Positions 40,695 through 50,964 are shown, counted from the first letter of the stretch. The stretch: 64,000 nt of DNA from Acholeplasmataceae bacterium (GCA_007692425.1 RECG01000014.1:9654-73653), one strand, 5' to 3'. The notes: generated by a model not told the origin, from the sequence alone. Numbers and translations are program-made.

Positions 40695-41684
40695 ATGATC
40701 CTGATCCGCCATCACAACGAAGGCAATCTGAAACCATATTTCTATTTCGCCCTTGAGGAATATGTCCTGACGAGGTTGCTCAAGGAAGGTGAAAGTTATT
40801 TTTTCACCTGGGAGATCAACGGCGTCGTCGTCGGTAAGAACCAGGTCATCGAAAACGAAGTCAACCTCCGCTATCTCAATGCAAACCAGATCGATGTCTA
40901 TCGTCGCCCCACCGGTGGCGGTTGCGTCTATGCCGATCACCGCAACACGATGTTTTCCATCATCACGAAGAGAACCAACAAGGATTTCACCTTCAAAACC
41001 TATTTGTCCAAAATCATCGATGCCATGAAAAAACTTGGCGTCGAGATCGAATTCAGTGGTCGAAACGACCTTTTGTTCGAGGGTAAAAAGATGTCAGGCA
41101 ACGCCTTTCTGCAAAACAAATACGGCATGCTCATGCATGGGACGCTCCTTTATGACTGTGATTTGGAAACGATGGTGCGCGCCATCACGCCCAATGATGA
41201 AAAACTGGTGTCAAAAGGCATTGACTCGGTGCGCTCACGCGTGGTCAATCTCAAACCATATTTGAATGGCATGACCCAGGAGGAACTGATCGGTCATTTA
41301 GAAAAGACGATGACCGACCAGGTCTATGAAATCAGTCCTGAGGAAGTCGACATCATCACAGAAATGTCAGAAACATACGCATCTAGAACATGGATATTCA
41401 AAAAACAGCCCCCTTATACCAAGATTTTAAAGAAACGGATGTCTGGTGGCATGTTCGAAGTCAGGCTCGATCTGACCGAAGGCGAAATCAAATCCTTGAC
41501 CTTGCGGGGCGACTTTTTCGACAAGAAACCGCTACGTCCGTTTGAAACGGCGTTCAACGGTGTCCTTTATGGCAAAAAAGAGGTTGAAAACGTGTTGGCC
41601 GAGAACGATATCGGTGATTATATCCTCGATGCCAAAAACGAGGAACTGAAAGCGTTGTTGTTCGAAGGCATAATAGGCGATTAA
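40695..41684 (+). CDS. lplA: Lipoate--protein ligase
   Basis: RR.TGGG.VY.D and GKK.SG.A blocks typical of LplA/LplJ. ATG 40695 follows RBS GGGAGTGAG. Confidence 0.8.
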   Translation: MILIRHHNEGNLKPYFYFALEEYVLTRLLKEGESYFFTWEINGVVVGKNQVIENEVNLRYLNANQIDVYRRPTGGGCVYADHRNTMFSIITKRTNKDFTFKTYLSKIIDAMKKLGVEIEFSGRNDLLFEGKKMSGNAFLQNKYGMLMHGTLLYDCDLETMVRAITPNDEKLVSKGIDSVRSRVVNLKPYLNGMTQEELIGHLEKTMTDQVYEISPEEVDIITEMSETYASRTWIFKKQPPYTKILKKRMSGGMFEVRLDLTEGEIKSLTLRGDFFDKKPLRPFETAFNGVLYGKKEVENVLAENDIGDYILDAKNEELKALLFEGIIGD

Positions 41685-41756
41685 AGCGCTTGATTGATTT
41701 GACTAACCGGGGTCAGATTTGATAAAATATAAATTAGAACGAAAGGTGGTGTTGTC

Positions 41757-42368
41757 ATGAAAAAAGACAAAAAAATCCGTAAGCGTCAACGCTGGATGAA
41801 GAAGTATTTCAAGAAGTTGTCAGGGCGTGAGAAGAAAGATTTCGACCAAATGACACATGATGATCACGACAAAGTGATCGAACGTGCCCAGAAACTGCTC
41901 CGCATCAACGATGATGACTATCCGGATGTCGCGCCAATCATGATCACCGTCCCCGACGCGTTCACCAAATATGACAAGGTCACCTACCGTCTTGACATCC
42001 GTGAAGACGGCAGCAAAACCCTGCATTACGATCAAGCACTCATCACCACCTTGTTTTTCGGTCCCGAGATGCTCTTTTACCACCAGGTCAATGTCGATCA
42101 CCGCGACGGTCGCTTTGCCGAGGATCATGTCGGCGAATTCCGCTACGCGGATGTCGTGCTGGTCGAGACCTCGCTCAAGTATGACAATCCCGACCGGCCG
42201 AAATACATCATCCTGGATCTGGAAGTCAAACTGGCCAGCGGTACCGCCGTCCTCTTCCACTTGCGCAACCACCGCCTTCATGAAGACTATGACATGCCAG
42301 AACTGCTGACCGACCAGGAACAACACATCCTCGATCAGTTCCAGTATCGTATCCGCGACAAACGCTGA
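41757..42368 (+). CDS. Hypothetical protein with a strongly basic N-terminus
   Basis: Own promoter (TTGACT, 18-nt spacer, TAAAAT) and RBS AAAGGTGG. Begins MKKDKKIRKRQRWMKKYFKK. No family recognised. Confidence 0.6.
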   Translation: MKKDKKIRKRQRWMKKYFKKLSGREKKDFDQMTHDDHDKVIERAQKLLRINDDDYPDVAPIMITVPDAFTKYDKVTYRLDIREDGSKTLHYDQALITTLFFGPEMLFYHQVNVDHRDGRFAEDHVGEFRYADVVLVETSLKYDNPDRPKYIILDLEVKLASGTAVLFHLRNHRLHEDYDMPELLTDQEQHILDQFQYRIRDKR

Positions 42369-42464
42369 TTCAAACGAACCCCGGACAGGGTTTCGCTTGT
42401 TGTTTGCTTTTCATTGACATTTGCATCCATATTTTGTATAATACGTTCGTTGAGGTGATGGAAG

Positions 42465-42896
42465 ATGAAATACCTGTTGCATGATCTGAAAGAAACCACC
42501 TCGATCGATGTGACCTGCGACTACCGTCAGTACATCGGGCATGTCGATGATATGCTTGACATCGAGCCCGCCCGGATCCAGGGTGACCTGGTCCCGTCCG
42601 ACGGACGCATCACCGCACATCTGACCGTTGATGTCAGGCTCGTCCTGGCATGTGCCAAGACACTCAAACCCGTCCCCCATGATTTACATTTCACGGCCGA
42701 GATTGTCTTTGGTGACGACCTTGATGTCGATTACCGGCTCGAGGACCCGCTTGACCTGACCGATGTCATATTCGGCTACATCGTCTCGGAAAAGCCTTAC
42801 AATGTCTATCATCCAGATGCCAAGGACGTCAGTTTCGACCAAGAGAAAAAACCACATCCCGCATTTGCTGATTTAGAGAAACTCATCAAAGGATAA
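42465..42896 (+). CDS. yceD: YceD/DUF177 family protein (large ribosomal subunit accumulation protein)
   Basis: Acidic ~140-aa protein immediately upstream of rpmF, the conserved yceD-rpmF arrangement. Promoter TTGACA, 17-nt spacer, TATAAT upstream. Confidence 0.75.
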   Translation: MKYLLHDLKETTSIDVTCDYRQYIGHVDDMLDIEPARIQGDLVPSDGRITAHLTVDVRLVLACAKTLKPVPHDLHFTAEIVFGDDLDVDYRLEDPLDLTDVIFGYIVSEKPYNVYHPDAKDVSFDQEKKPHPAFADLEKLIKG

Positions 42897-42908
42897 GGAG
42901 GTGAACAG

Positions 42909-43100
42909 ATGGCTGTTCCATTTCGTAGAAAGGGCAAAACCGCCAAAAGAAAGCGCCGCACGCACTACAAGCTGACCGCGCCGACCCTGGTTGTCTGCCC
43001 GCAAACCGGTGAATTCACACTGCCACACCGTGTGACACCGAACAGTGGATACTACAAGGGACAACAAGTGTTGACCAAAAAGGAATCCAAAGAGGATTGA
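42909..43100 (+). CDS. rpmF: 50S ribosomal protein L32
   Basis: [23 protein letters not shown]-terminus. RBS AAGGAGGTG. Confidence 0.95.
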   Translation: MAVPFRRKGKTAKRKRRTHYKLTAPTLVVCPQTGEFTLPHRVTPNSGYYKGQQVLTKKESKED

Positions 43101-43102
43101 GG

Positions 43103-43130
43103 AAGGGTGCCCGGAGGCACCTTTTTCTTT
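43103..43130 (+). terminator. Rho-independent terminator after rpmF
   Basis: AAGGGTGCC-cgga-GGCACCTTT followed by TTCTTT. Confidence 0.7.
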
Positions 43131-43194
43131 GCCGGATTGACAAACCACCCGGCATCATATATAGTGATGATGAACACCTGTGAAAGGAATGCCC

Positions 43195-44100
43195 ATGACA
43201 ACCCACGAAACCGTCCTTAAAAACGAAGCCATCGACCTTCTGGCCATCAAGCCGGACGGCATCTATGTCGACGGCACCCTGGGTGGCGGCGGACACGCCC
43301 AAGCCATCCTCGCCAAGCTCGACAAGGGCTTTCTTTATGCATTTGACCGTGACCAATATGCCATCAGGCAGGCCAGCGAGACCCTTCGTTCGTTTTCAAA
43401 CAAAACCATCATCCAGAGCAATTTCAAAGACATCAAGCATCACTTGCAGACGCAAGGCGTCACGAAGATTGACGGCTTGTTGCTCGATCTCGGACTCTCC
43501 TCGTTTCAAATTGATGATGCAGACCGTGGTTTCACCTATCTGCAGGATACCCGTTTGGACATGCGGATGGACGATCGCCAGACCTTGACCGCGGCCGACA
43601 TCGTCAACACCTGGTCCAAAGAAGAACTGGCCCGGATCTTCTTTTCGTACGGCGAAGAAAGAAACAGTTTCAAGATTGCCGACCAGATCATCAAGCACAG
43701 GCCCTTGCAGTCCACGGCCGCCCTGGTGGCGATCACCGACCGCATCAACAAAGACGTCAAGGGGCATAGCGCCAAGCGTGTGTTCCAGGCGCTGCGTATC
43801 GCGGTCAACGATGAACTGTCCGCCTTGGAGATGGTGCTTGCTGACGCCGTCGACCTGCTCAAGCCGGGTGGCAGGCTCGTTGTTATCACTTTCCATTCGC
43901 TTGAAGACCGGATTGTCAAACATTTCTTCAAAGCTGAAAGTGAGCACCACATCCCGAAAAATCTGCCCATCATCCATCTGCCTAAGACGAGACTATCCGT
44001 CATCACCCGTAAACCCATCTACCCTTCTGAATTTGAATTACAACACAACCCGCGAAGCCGTTCGGCCAAACTGCGTGCAGCGGAAAGGAATGAACCATGA
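43195..44100 (+). CDS. rsmH: 16S rRNA (cytosine1402-N4)-methyltransferase RsmH/MraW
   Basis: H.PVL-type start (HETVLKNE), [17 protein letters not shown] and ITFHSLEDR motifs. Promoter TTGACA, 17-nt spacer, TATAGT at 43137-43165. Confidence 0.95.
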   Translation: MTTHETVLKNEAIDLLAIKPDGIYVDGTLGGGGHAQAILAKLDKGFLYAFDRDQYAIRQASETLRSFSNKTIIQSNFKDIKHHLQTQGVTKIDGLLLDLGLSSFQIDDADRGFTYLQDTRLDMRMDDRQTLTAADIVNTWSKEELARIFFSYGEERNSFKIADQIIKHRPLQSTAALVAITDRINKDVKGHSAKRVFQALRIAVNDELSALEMVLADAVDLLKPGGRLVVITFHSLEDRIVKHFFKAESEHHIPKNLPIIHLPKTRLSVITRKPIYPSEFELQHNPRSRSAKLRAAERNEP

Positions 44101-44462
44101 ACATCGCCTTGATCGCCCATGACAAGAAAAAAGACGACATGGTGGCCTTCATCAAACGCCATGAAGCCGTCTTTGCCCGTCACACGTTGTATGCGACCGG
44201 CACGACCGGCTCGTTGTTGATGCAGGAGACGGCTCTGAAAATCAAACTGAAAAAATCAGGACCGCTCGGTGGTGACCAGGAAATCGGTTCGATGGTGGCC
44301 AACGGCCACATCGACATGATCATCTTTTTCCGCGACCCTTTGACCGCCCAACCGCATGAACCCGATGTATCAGCCTTGTTAAGACTTTCTGATGTGTACA
44401 AGGTGCCGCTTGCCACCCATGAGCAGACAGCTGAGCTGTTTGTCAAAGTCTTGACCAAATAG
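44097..44462 (+). CDS. mgsA: Methylglyoxal synthase
   Basis: IALIAHD.KK start, TGTTG and the DP....PH.PD block. ATGA overlap with rsmH. Confidence 0.9.
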   Translation: MNIALIAHDKKKDDMVAFIKRHEAVFARHTLYATGTTGSLLMQETALKIKLKKSGPLGGDQEIGSMVANGHIDMIIFFRDPLTAQPHEPDVSALLRLSDVYKVPLATHEQTAELFVKVLTK

Positions 44463-44467
44463 TGATT

Positions 44468-44502
44468 AAAAAAAAGAAAACTCGTCATGAGTTTTCTTTT
44501 TT
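44468..44502. terminator. Bidirectional Rho-independent terminator between mgsA and the Fur-family gene
   Basis: AAAAGAAAACTC-gtcat-GAGTTTTCTTTT, with A-run and T-run flanks. Confidence 0.8.
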
Positions 44503-44511
44503 GTGTGGTCG

Positions 44512-44934
44512 TTATTTCTTTTTGCGCTGACCTGAAATCGTAATCCTGATATAATCAAGGTCAAGATCCTTGAGTTCTGGATGGTTTTGCAAAAACTCGA
44601 AAATGTCAGGACCGTTGATTTCCACGATCTGGTTGGTGTCCCGCATCATGATATGGATATGGCTATCGGCACTATGCATGGGATTGCCGAGCGCCAAATC
44701 ATAATATTTGGTGTCATTGATATAGAGTTCAACCACGATTTTCTGGCTGATCAAGAATTCCAGGTTGTTATAAATGGTCGAGACATTGTAAAAACCACGG
44801 GCGGCCAGCGCCTTTTGGATTTCCTTGAAAGTCAGATGCTGGTTTTCCAAAATCTCGATCATGGCCTTACGGCTCTTGGTCAGGCGCATGTTCTGACTTC
44901 TGATTTTTTTGAAATAACGTTCTTTGAGGTCCAT
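44512..44934 (-). CDS. Fur-family transcriptional regulator (cysteine-free)
   Basis: The pattern RLT..R..ILE...H.T..EI....VS..T.YN.L is typical of the Fur/Zur/PerR winged helix. H-rich HSADSHIH block. Start at ATG 44934, after RBS AAGGGGTGA. Confidence 0.75.
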   Translation of the reverse strand: MDLKERYFKKIRSQNMRLTKSRKAMIEILENQHLTFKEIQKALAARGFYNVSTIYNNLEFLISQKIVVELYINDTKYYDLALGNPMHSADSHIHIMMRDTNQIVEINGPDIFEFLQNHPELKDLDLDYIRITISGQRKKK

Positions 44935-45112
44935 CAAATCACCCCTTGCCAGACACTGGTATGATAAGCGATATGCCGGCACTTACATTATATCAATATT
45001 TATAATCACTTTAAAGAAAAACGCTCATGGTCGTCACGAGAAAAAGTTTGCGAAGGCTTAAGAATTAAGCCTATGATTTCCCAAAAAATGTTATAATGGA
45101 CATGGTGATGTC

Positions 45113-45676
45113 ATGGTTATCGTCTTCGGCGGTTCATTCAACCCGCCAACGAAAGCACATCAAAGCATCATGGTAACTGTCAAACGTGTGTATCCTGAAG
45201 CGCACATTTTATTGTTACCGGTCGGCAATGACTATCATAAACCCGACCTCGTGGACATCAAGCACCGTCTGGCCATGCTTGAACTTTTGGTGGAAGACAT
45301 GCCGGATGTGACCGTCTCCGACCTTGAAGCGCAAGGCGAATATGGCGGGACGCTTGCCAGTCTGGACATCTTGTCCAAGACCCATGATGACATCCACTTT
45401 CTAATCGGTGCTGACCAACTGCCTTATTTAACCACCTGGATCCGTTATACCGAGTTACTCAAACGTTATCCGTTGATTGTCATGACACGTCGCAACGCCC
45501 CGGACCGGACACTTGCCGAAGCGTTGTTCAAACATGTCGAGCACACCTTTCATTTCATTGATTTTGATGTGCCGATATCTTCCAGCGACATCCGCAAGGA
45601 ACCGTCCATGCGCGATCAGTGGCTCACGGAGCCCGTGCTTGACTATATTCGCAAAAACCACTTGTACGAGGAGTAG
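45113..45676 (+). CDS. nadD: Nicotinate-nucleotide adenylyltransferase
   Basis: FGGSFNPPTKAH (HxGH-type motif) and the C-terminal SSSDIR motif. Confidence 0.9.
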   Translation: MVIVFGGSFNPPTKAHQSIMVTVKRVYPEAHILLLPVGNDYHKPDLVDIKHRLAMLELLVEDMPDVTVSDLEAQGEYGGTLASLDILSKTHDDIHFLIGADQLPYLTTWIRYTELLKRYPLIVMTRRNAPDRTLAEALFKHVEHTFHFIDFDVPISSSDIRKEPSMRDQWLTEPVLDYIRKNHLYEE

Positions 45677-45681
45677 ACGCC

Positions 45682-47538
45682 ATGTATCATCAAGGCTTTC
45701 TCAAAGTCGAGGCCGCAACCCCCGACATTGTCGTCGGCGACATCGATCATAACAAGCAGGCCATCCTGCGCATCTTGAAGGAAACACGGGCCAGCATGGT
45801 CGTCTTTCCCGAACTTTCGCTTTCCGGCTATTCGGCCAGCGACCTTTTTTTCCAGGAATCCTTCATCGAACATGTGCTGAGCGCACTCAAAGACATCATC
45901 AGGGAGACGTCCTATCAAGGTGTGTTCATCCTGGGCGCGCCTTTGGATGTGAACGGCATCTTGTATAATTGCGCCGTCGTCGTCCATCACAAGACCATCC
46001 TCGGGGTCGTGCCGAAACACTATTTGCCCAACCATCATGAATTTTATGAAAAACGGTGGTTCAACGCCGGTTTCAAATCAACCATTAAACAGATCCGCTT
46101 ATTCAATCAAGAGGTGCCTTTTGGTCATTTGTTATTTGAAGATGAGGATAAGCATCTCCGTTTTGGCGTCGAGATCTGCCAGGATGTCTGGGCCACATAC
46201 AGTCCTAGCGATGACATGAGCCTGGCGGGTGCGAACCTGATTTTTAATCTTTCCGCCTCGACCGAATTCATCGGCAAGGCCGATTTCCGCCGGCATCTCA
46301 TCCTTGATCATTCACGCAAACAGATGACGGCTTACGTGTATACGAGCTGTGGTCAGTTCGAATCGACCTCCGAGGTCGTCTTTTCGCCTCACAAGCTGAT
46401 TGCCAGTCAAGGCAGGATGTTGGCCGAGGATGACCGTTTCAGCCTGGAATCCTCGGTTTTGACCGCCGATCTCGATTTGATGGCAATCAATTACCAGAAG
46501 CGTCAGGACAGCACCTATCGCGACATGCATATGTCTCATCAATACAAATACCAGACCATTCCGTTCGTCCTTGATGAACGTGCTGACTTCCTGTTTGAAC
46601 ACAAAGTCGATCCGCTTCCCTTCTTACCGGCCAAAGATGATGTCAAGACCATCATCAAAGCCAACGAACTGCAGGTCATCGCCTTGCTCAAACGCATCGA
46701 ATCGATGCCGCCCGCCTCACAAAAAATCGTCATCGGCGTGTCCGGCGGTCTTGACTCCACGCTCGCCCTCCTGGTCGCCCATCAGGCCATGAAACGCCTG
46801 GGACGCAAACCTGAGGATGTCATCGCCGTCACGATGCCTGCCAAAGTGACCGGCAAGAAGAGTCTGGCGACCGCCCGCGACCTGATGGACGCCCTCAAGG
46901 TCACCAAGTTTGAAATTCCGATCGACAAGATGCTTGATGTCCACCTTGACGATCTTGAACACCAGGAAGAAGATGTCATGTACGAAAACGCCCAGGCCCG
47001 GATCAGGACGCTCATCCTGATGGATCTGGCCAACAAATATGGCGGATTTGTCCTCGGCACGGGCGATATGTCAGAAATCGCCCTTGGCTGGATGACATAT
47101 AGCGGTGACCAGATGAGCATGTATGCCATCAATGCCGGTCTGCCGAAAACGTGGATCCGCCTGTTGATCGCCCATCACCTTGAACATACCTACACGTCGA
47201 TCAAGCCCTTGCTTCAAACGGTGCTTGAACAGCCCGTGTCACCAGAGCTGCTCGAAGCCCAGGAAACCGAAACCATCATCGGTCCCTATGACATCAACGA
47301 TTTCATTCTTTATCATCACCTGGTCCTTGGTGGTGACGAAGCCAGGATCGCCTGGTTGCTGACACACGCCTATGCACTCGACATCGAAGAAGCGCACGAA
47401 CACGTGACCCGTTTCTTCACCCGTTTTTATAGCCAGCAGTTTAAACGTCAGACGCTCCCGGAAGGACCCAAGATTCTCGGCATCAGCTTGTCTCCCCGCG
47501 GTGAATACCGCATGCCAAGCGATGTCAAAAGAAAGTGA
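45682..47538 (+). CDS. nadE: Glutamine-dependent NAD+ synthetase (CN-hydrolase plus NAD synthetase domains)
   Basis: N-terminal nitrilase-like domain (FPEL.L.GY, E.C.D). C-terminal PP-loop GVSGGLDS. Confidence 0.9.
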   Translation: MYHQGFLKVEAATPDIVVGDIDHNKQAILRILKETRASMVVFPELSLSGYSASDLFFQESFIEHVLSALKDIIRETSYQGVFILGAPLDVNGILYNCAVVVHHKTILGVVPKHYLPNHHEFYEKRWFNAGFKSTIKQIRLFNQEVPFGHLLFEDEDKHLRFGVEICQDVWATYSPSDDMSLAGANLIFNLSASTEFIGKADFRRHLILDHSRKQMTAYVYTSCGQFESTSEVVFSPHKLIASQGRMLAEDDRFSLESSVLTADLDLMAINYQKRQDSTYRDMHMSHQYKYQTIPFVLDERADFLFEHKVDPLPFLPAKDDVKTIIKANELQVIALLKRIESMPPASQKIVIGVSGGLDSTLALLVAHQAMKRLGRKPEDVIAVTMPAKVTGKKSLATARDLMDALKVTKFEIPIDKMLDVHLDDLEHQEEDVMYENAQARIRTLILMDLANKYGGFVLGTGDMSEIALGWMTYSGDQMSMYAINAGLPKTWIRLLIAHHLEHTYTSIKPLLQTVLEQPVSPELLEAQETETIIGPYDINDFILYHHLVLGGDEARIAWLLTHAYALDIEEAHEHVTRFFTRFYSQQFKRQTLPEGPKILGISLSPRGEYRMPSDVKRK

Positions 47539-47543
47539 GTCGC

Positions 47544-48671
47544 ATGCCCAAGAAAGTCATCATCGGTCTCAGCGGCGGTGTCGATAGCAGCGTCGCCGCC
47601 TATCTCTTGCTTCAAGACGGCTACGATGTGGAAGCCGTTTTTATGCGTAACTGGGACAGCGTGACCAACCGTGATCTCAAAGGCAATCCGACCTTGGATG
47701 ACGACCTTTGTGAACAGGAAGCGGATTATCAAGACGCCAAACGTGTGGCTGAAGCCTTGGGCATCAAGCTCCACCGGGTCGATTTCATCCAGGATTACTG
47801 GGACCGTGTGTTTACTTACTTTCTGGATGAATACAAGAAGAACCGCACCCCCAATCCAGACGTCTTGTGCAACAACGAAATCAAATTCAAAGCCTTCATC
47901 GACCATGCCATGGGCATGGATGCCGATGCCGTGGCGATGGGGCATTATGCCCGTGTCGACAAGCAAGGCGGACAGGCAAGGTTGTTGCGGGCGGCCGACG
48001 AAGGCAAGGACCAGACCTATTTCCTCTCCCAACTTCAAAACAAACAGCTCGATCATGTCCTTTTTCCAATCGGACACCTGCAAAAAAAGGAAGTCCGCGA
48101 TATCGCGCAAGCACAAGGCTTTGTCACGGCCGCTAAAAAGGATTCAACCGGCATTTGTTTCATCGGTGAACGTCATTTCAGTGATTTTCTGAGCAACTAT
48201 CTGCCCGCCCGACCAGGCCCTGTCAAGCGCTTGGACGGCACGTACATCAAAGACCATCAAGGCTTGATGCACTATACCATCGGCCAACGCAAAGGTCTTG
48301 GCATCGGCGGTGCCAAGGATGCGGATGGTGCCTGGTATGTCGTCGGCAAGGACCTCAAGACCAAAACCTTGTATGTCGAACCGGATTTCAATCACCCGCA
48401 CCTTTTCAGTGACGAGGCCATCATCACCGAAGTCGTCTGGCGCGGTCCACGAACCGAAGGGGCGATGACGGCTAAATTCCGTTATCGTCAACCCGACCAC
48501 GATGTTCATGTCGCCTGGCTTGACGAGACGACCATCCGCGTGACCTTTCCCCAGACCATCTGGGCCGTCACGCCCGGCCAGGTTTGTGCCTTTTATCAAG
48601 GCGAGGTTTGTCTCGGGGCTGGTTTCATCGAGACGGCCTTCTTTCAGAAAAAGCCGAGACAATACACATAA
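47544..48671 (+). CDS. mnmA: tRNA 2-thiouridine(34) synthase MnmA
   Basis: PP-loop GLSGGVDSSVAA, plus the CN..IKF and DQ.YFL motifs. ATG 47544 follows RBS AAAGTGAG. Confidence 0.95.
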   Translation: MPKKVIIGLSGGVDSSVAAYLLLQDGYDVEAVFMRNWDSVTNRDLKGNPTLDDDLCEQEADYQDAKRVAEALGIKLHRVDFIQDYWDRVFTYFLDEYKKNRTPNPDVLCNNEIKFKAFIDHAMGMDADAVAMGHYARVDKQGGQARLLRAADEGKDQTYFLSQLQNKQLDHVLFPIGHLQKKEVRDIAQAQGFVTAAKKDSTGICFIGERHFSDFLSNYLPARPGPVKRLDGTYIKDHQGLMHYTIGQRKGLGIGGAKDADGAWYVVGKDLKTKTLYVEPDFNHPHLFSDEAIITEVVWRGPRTEGAMTAKFRYRQPDHDVHVAWLDETTIRVTFPQTIWAVTPGQVCAFYQGEVCLGAGFIETAFFQKKPRQYT

Positions 48672-48695
48672 AAAGGAACTTTGTTCCTTTTTTTT
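48671..48695 (+). terminator. Rho-independent terminator after mnmA
   Basis: AAAAGGAAC-ttt-GTTCCTTTT continuing into a T-run. Confidence 0.75.
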
Positions 48696-48744
48696 CAGCT
48701 TGTCCGTGATATAATCGAACTGACAAACACGCCAAGGAGACCTT

Positions 48745-50964
48745 ATGATCACCATTCGCGGCAGGGTCAAGAACTACGTCTTTCACAATGAAGAAAACAG
48801 CTATTCAATCGCCAGAATCATTACCGATGACGAAGCCATTGTCACGATTGTCGGTTATTTTCCACTGATCAGCGAAGATGTCGTCTATGATTTTACCGGC
48901 AACTGGGTCAAACACAACACATACGGCGAACAACTCAAAGTCGAAAGTTTCAAGAAAAGCGAAGCGCAAAGTCATGCCGGTCTGGTCAGTTACCTGTCCA
49001 GTCCGTTTTTCAGCGGCATCGGACCCAAGACCGCCGAAAAAATCGTTGACTTGCTGGGCACGGATGCCATCGCCCGCATCATGGCGGACAAGACCGTGCT
49101 CAAACCCGTCGGACTCAGTCCCGTCCGGATTGAGAAGTTTTACCAGCAACTTGTCGAAAACCAAACCAACGAACACATCCTGGTCGCCCTTTATGGCTAC
49201 AACCTGAGTGGTCGGATGGCCATGAAACTATTAAACAAATACCAGATGTCGACGCTTGAAAAACTGGAAGAAAACCCCTATCGCCTGATTGATGACATCG
49301 AAGGCATCGGTTTCATCAAGGCCGATGAAATCGCCGGCAAGCTCGGGGTGCCGAAAGATGACTTGAGACGGATCAAGGCCGCCATCCTTTACGCCATGCA
49401 GCATATCGCCTATCAACAAGGCGACCTTTACCTGCTCAAGACGCAACTCGAACAGCAGGCCCGCCAGGTGCTGGGCCAGGATGCGGACATCGAGCCCGGC
49501 ATCACCGCCTTGCTCGAAGAAAAGAAACTTGTCATCGAAGACGATCGTTTTTATCTGGCCATCGCCTACTTCACGGAAATCGCCTTGGCCGAAAAAATCA
49601 AACTGCTCGCTTCCCGCCAGCAGACAATCCAGGATGTCGATTACCTGGAAACGTTGCTGGACGCTGTCGAAATCCAAAAAGGCGTCAGCTACACCAAGGT
49701 TCAAAAAGAAGCGGTTCTGACCGCCCTGATCCATCCCATCTCCATCATCACCGGTGGTCCCGGTACCGGCAAGACGACCATCATCGATGGCTTGCTTGAA
49801 GTCTACAGACTCTATCACAAACTCAATCTCAAGAGTCCCTACATCGGCGAACGTATCGCCTTGATGGCACCGACCGGTCGGGCCGCCAAACGGATGAAAG
49901 AACTGCTCGACATGGATGCCAAGACGATCCATCGCCACCTCGGATACAACTTTGAAGGCATCTTCATGTATGACGAACGCCATCCCTTGCCTCATGAACT
50001 GGTCATCATCGACGAAGCATCGATGATCGATCTCTTTCTGGCTCGGAAACTGTTTGATGCCATCGGGCCTGAAGCCCAGGTTGTCATCGTCGGCGATGTC
50101 GACCAGTTGCCCAGTGTCGGCCCCGGACAGGTCTTAAGTGATGTGATTGAATCCGCCATGTTGCCAGTCGTCCGGTTGAATGAAATCCACCGCCAGGCGA
50201 AAGACTCCCATATCATCAAACTGGCGGACGCCGTCAACCGGCAAACCGTCACCTTTGACAATTTACGTAGCGATCATGACGTCTTTTTCCACAAAGCCTC
50301 TCCCGAACGCATCAAAGATGTCATCCTGGGTCAGGTCAAAGGGGCGATTGATGAAGGGTATTCGCTGATTGAAGACATCCAGGTACTGGCACCGATGTAC
50401 AAGGGCGATCTCGGCATCGATGCGTTCAACCAATTGATGCAAAACGTTTTCAATCCGGACCAGGAACAAGGCATCACCTATGGCGACAAGACCTATCATG
50501 TCGGCGACAAGGTCATCCAGCTTGTCAACGATCCGGAAAGAATGATCATGAATGGTGACATCGGCGTCGTCAAGGCCATCAAGACCGACAAGGACAACGC
50601 GCCTTTCCTTGTTGTCTCGTTTGACGACAACGACGTCATGTATGAAAAAGGTGATTTGGAAGAACTCAATCTCGCCTATGCCATCAGCATCCACAAATCC
50701 CAAGGCAGCGAATACAAGATCGTCATGATGCCGATGGTGCGGGCGCACATGCACATGCTCAGGAAAGAATTGATCTACACCGCCATCACCCGCGCCAAAC
50801 AATTTTTAATCATCCTGGGTGACATGAACTTGTTGACATACGCCGCCAACAAACTGTCTGAAAAAAGACAGACGACCTTGTCATTGCGTTTGAATGCCGA
50901 ACGGCCGGAGACGGAAGAACCGGATGAACTCGACGATTTGTCGCCTTATGATTTCATGTCATGA
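48745..50964 (+). CDS. recD2: ATP-dependent RecD2-type DNA helicase
   Basis: Walker A GGPGTGKTT, IIDEASM, VGDVDQLPSVGPG, and the mnmA-recD2 adjacency common in Bacillota. Confidence 0.9.
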   Translation: MITIRGRVKNYVFHNEENSYSIARIITDDEAIVTIVGYFPLISEDVVYDFTGNWVKHNTYGEQLKVESFKKSEAQSHAGLVSYLSSPFFSGIGPKTAEKIVDLLGTDAIARIMADKTVLKPVGLSPVRIEKFYQQLVENQTNEHILVALYGYNLSGRMAMKLLNKYQMSTLEKLEENPYRLIDDIEGIGFIKADEIAGKLGVPKDDLRRIKAAILYAMQHIAYQQGDLYLLKTQLEQQARQVLGQDADIEPGITALLEEKKLVIEDDRFYLAIAYFTEIALAEKIKLLASRQQTIQDVDYLETLLDAVEIQKGVSYTKVQKEAVLTALIHPISIITGGPGTGKTTIIDGLLEVYRLYHKLNLKSPYIGERIALMAPTGRAAKRMKELLDMDAKTIHRHLGYNFEGIFMYDERHPLPHELVIIDEASMIDLFLARKLFDAIGPEAQVVIVGDVDQLPSVGPGQVLSDVIESAMLPVVRLNEIHRQAKDSHIIKLADAVNRQTVTFDNLRSDHDVFFHKASPERIKDVILGQVKGAIDEGYSLIEDIQVLAPMYKGDLGIDAFNQLMQNVFNPDQEQGITYGDKTYHVGDKVIQLVNDPERMIMNGDIGVVKAIKTDKDNAPFLVVSFDDNDVMYEKGDLEELNLAYAISIHKSQGSEYKIVMMPMVRAHMHMLRKELIYTAITRAKQFLIILGDMNLLTYAANKLSEKRQTTLSLRLNAERPETEEPDELDDLSPYDFMS

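Noticed and set aside
45054-45072. Perfect hairpin AGGCTTAA-gaa-TTAAGCCT between the Fur-family gene and nadD, considered as an NAD-regulon operator or terminator.
   Set aside because: There is no T-tract and no gene to terminate. I cannot match it to any NAD regulator motif from memory, so it is too speculative to report as a finding.
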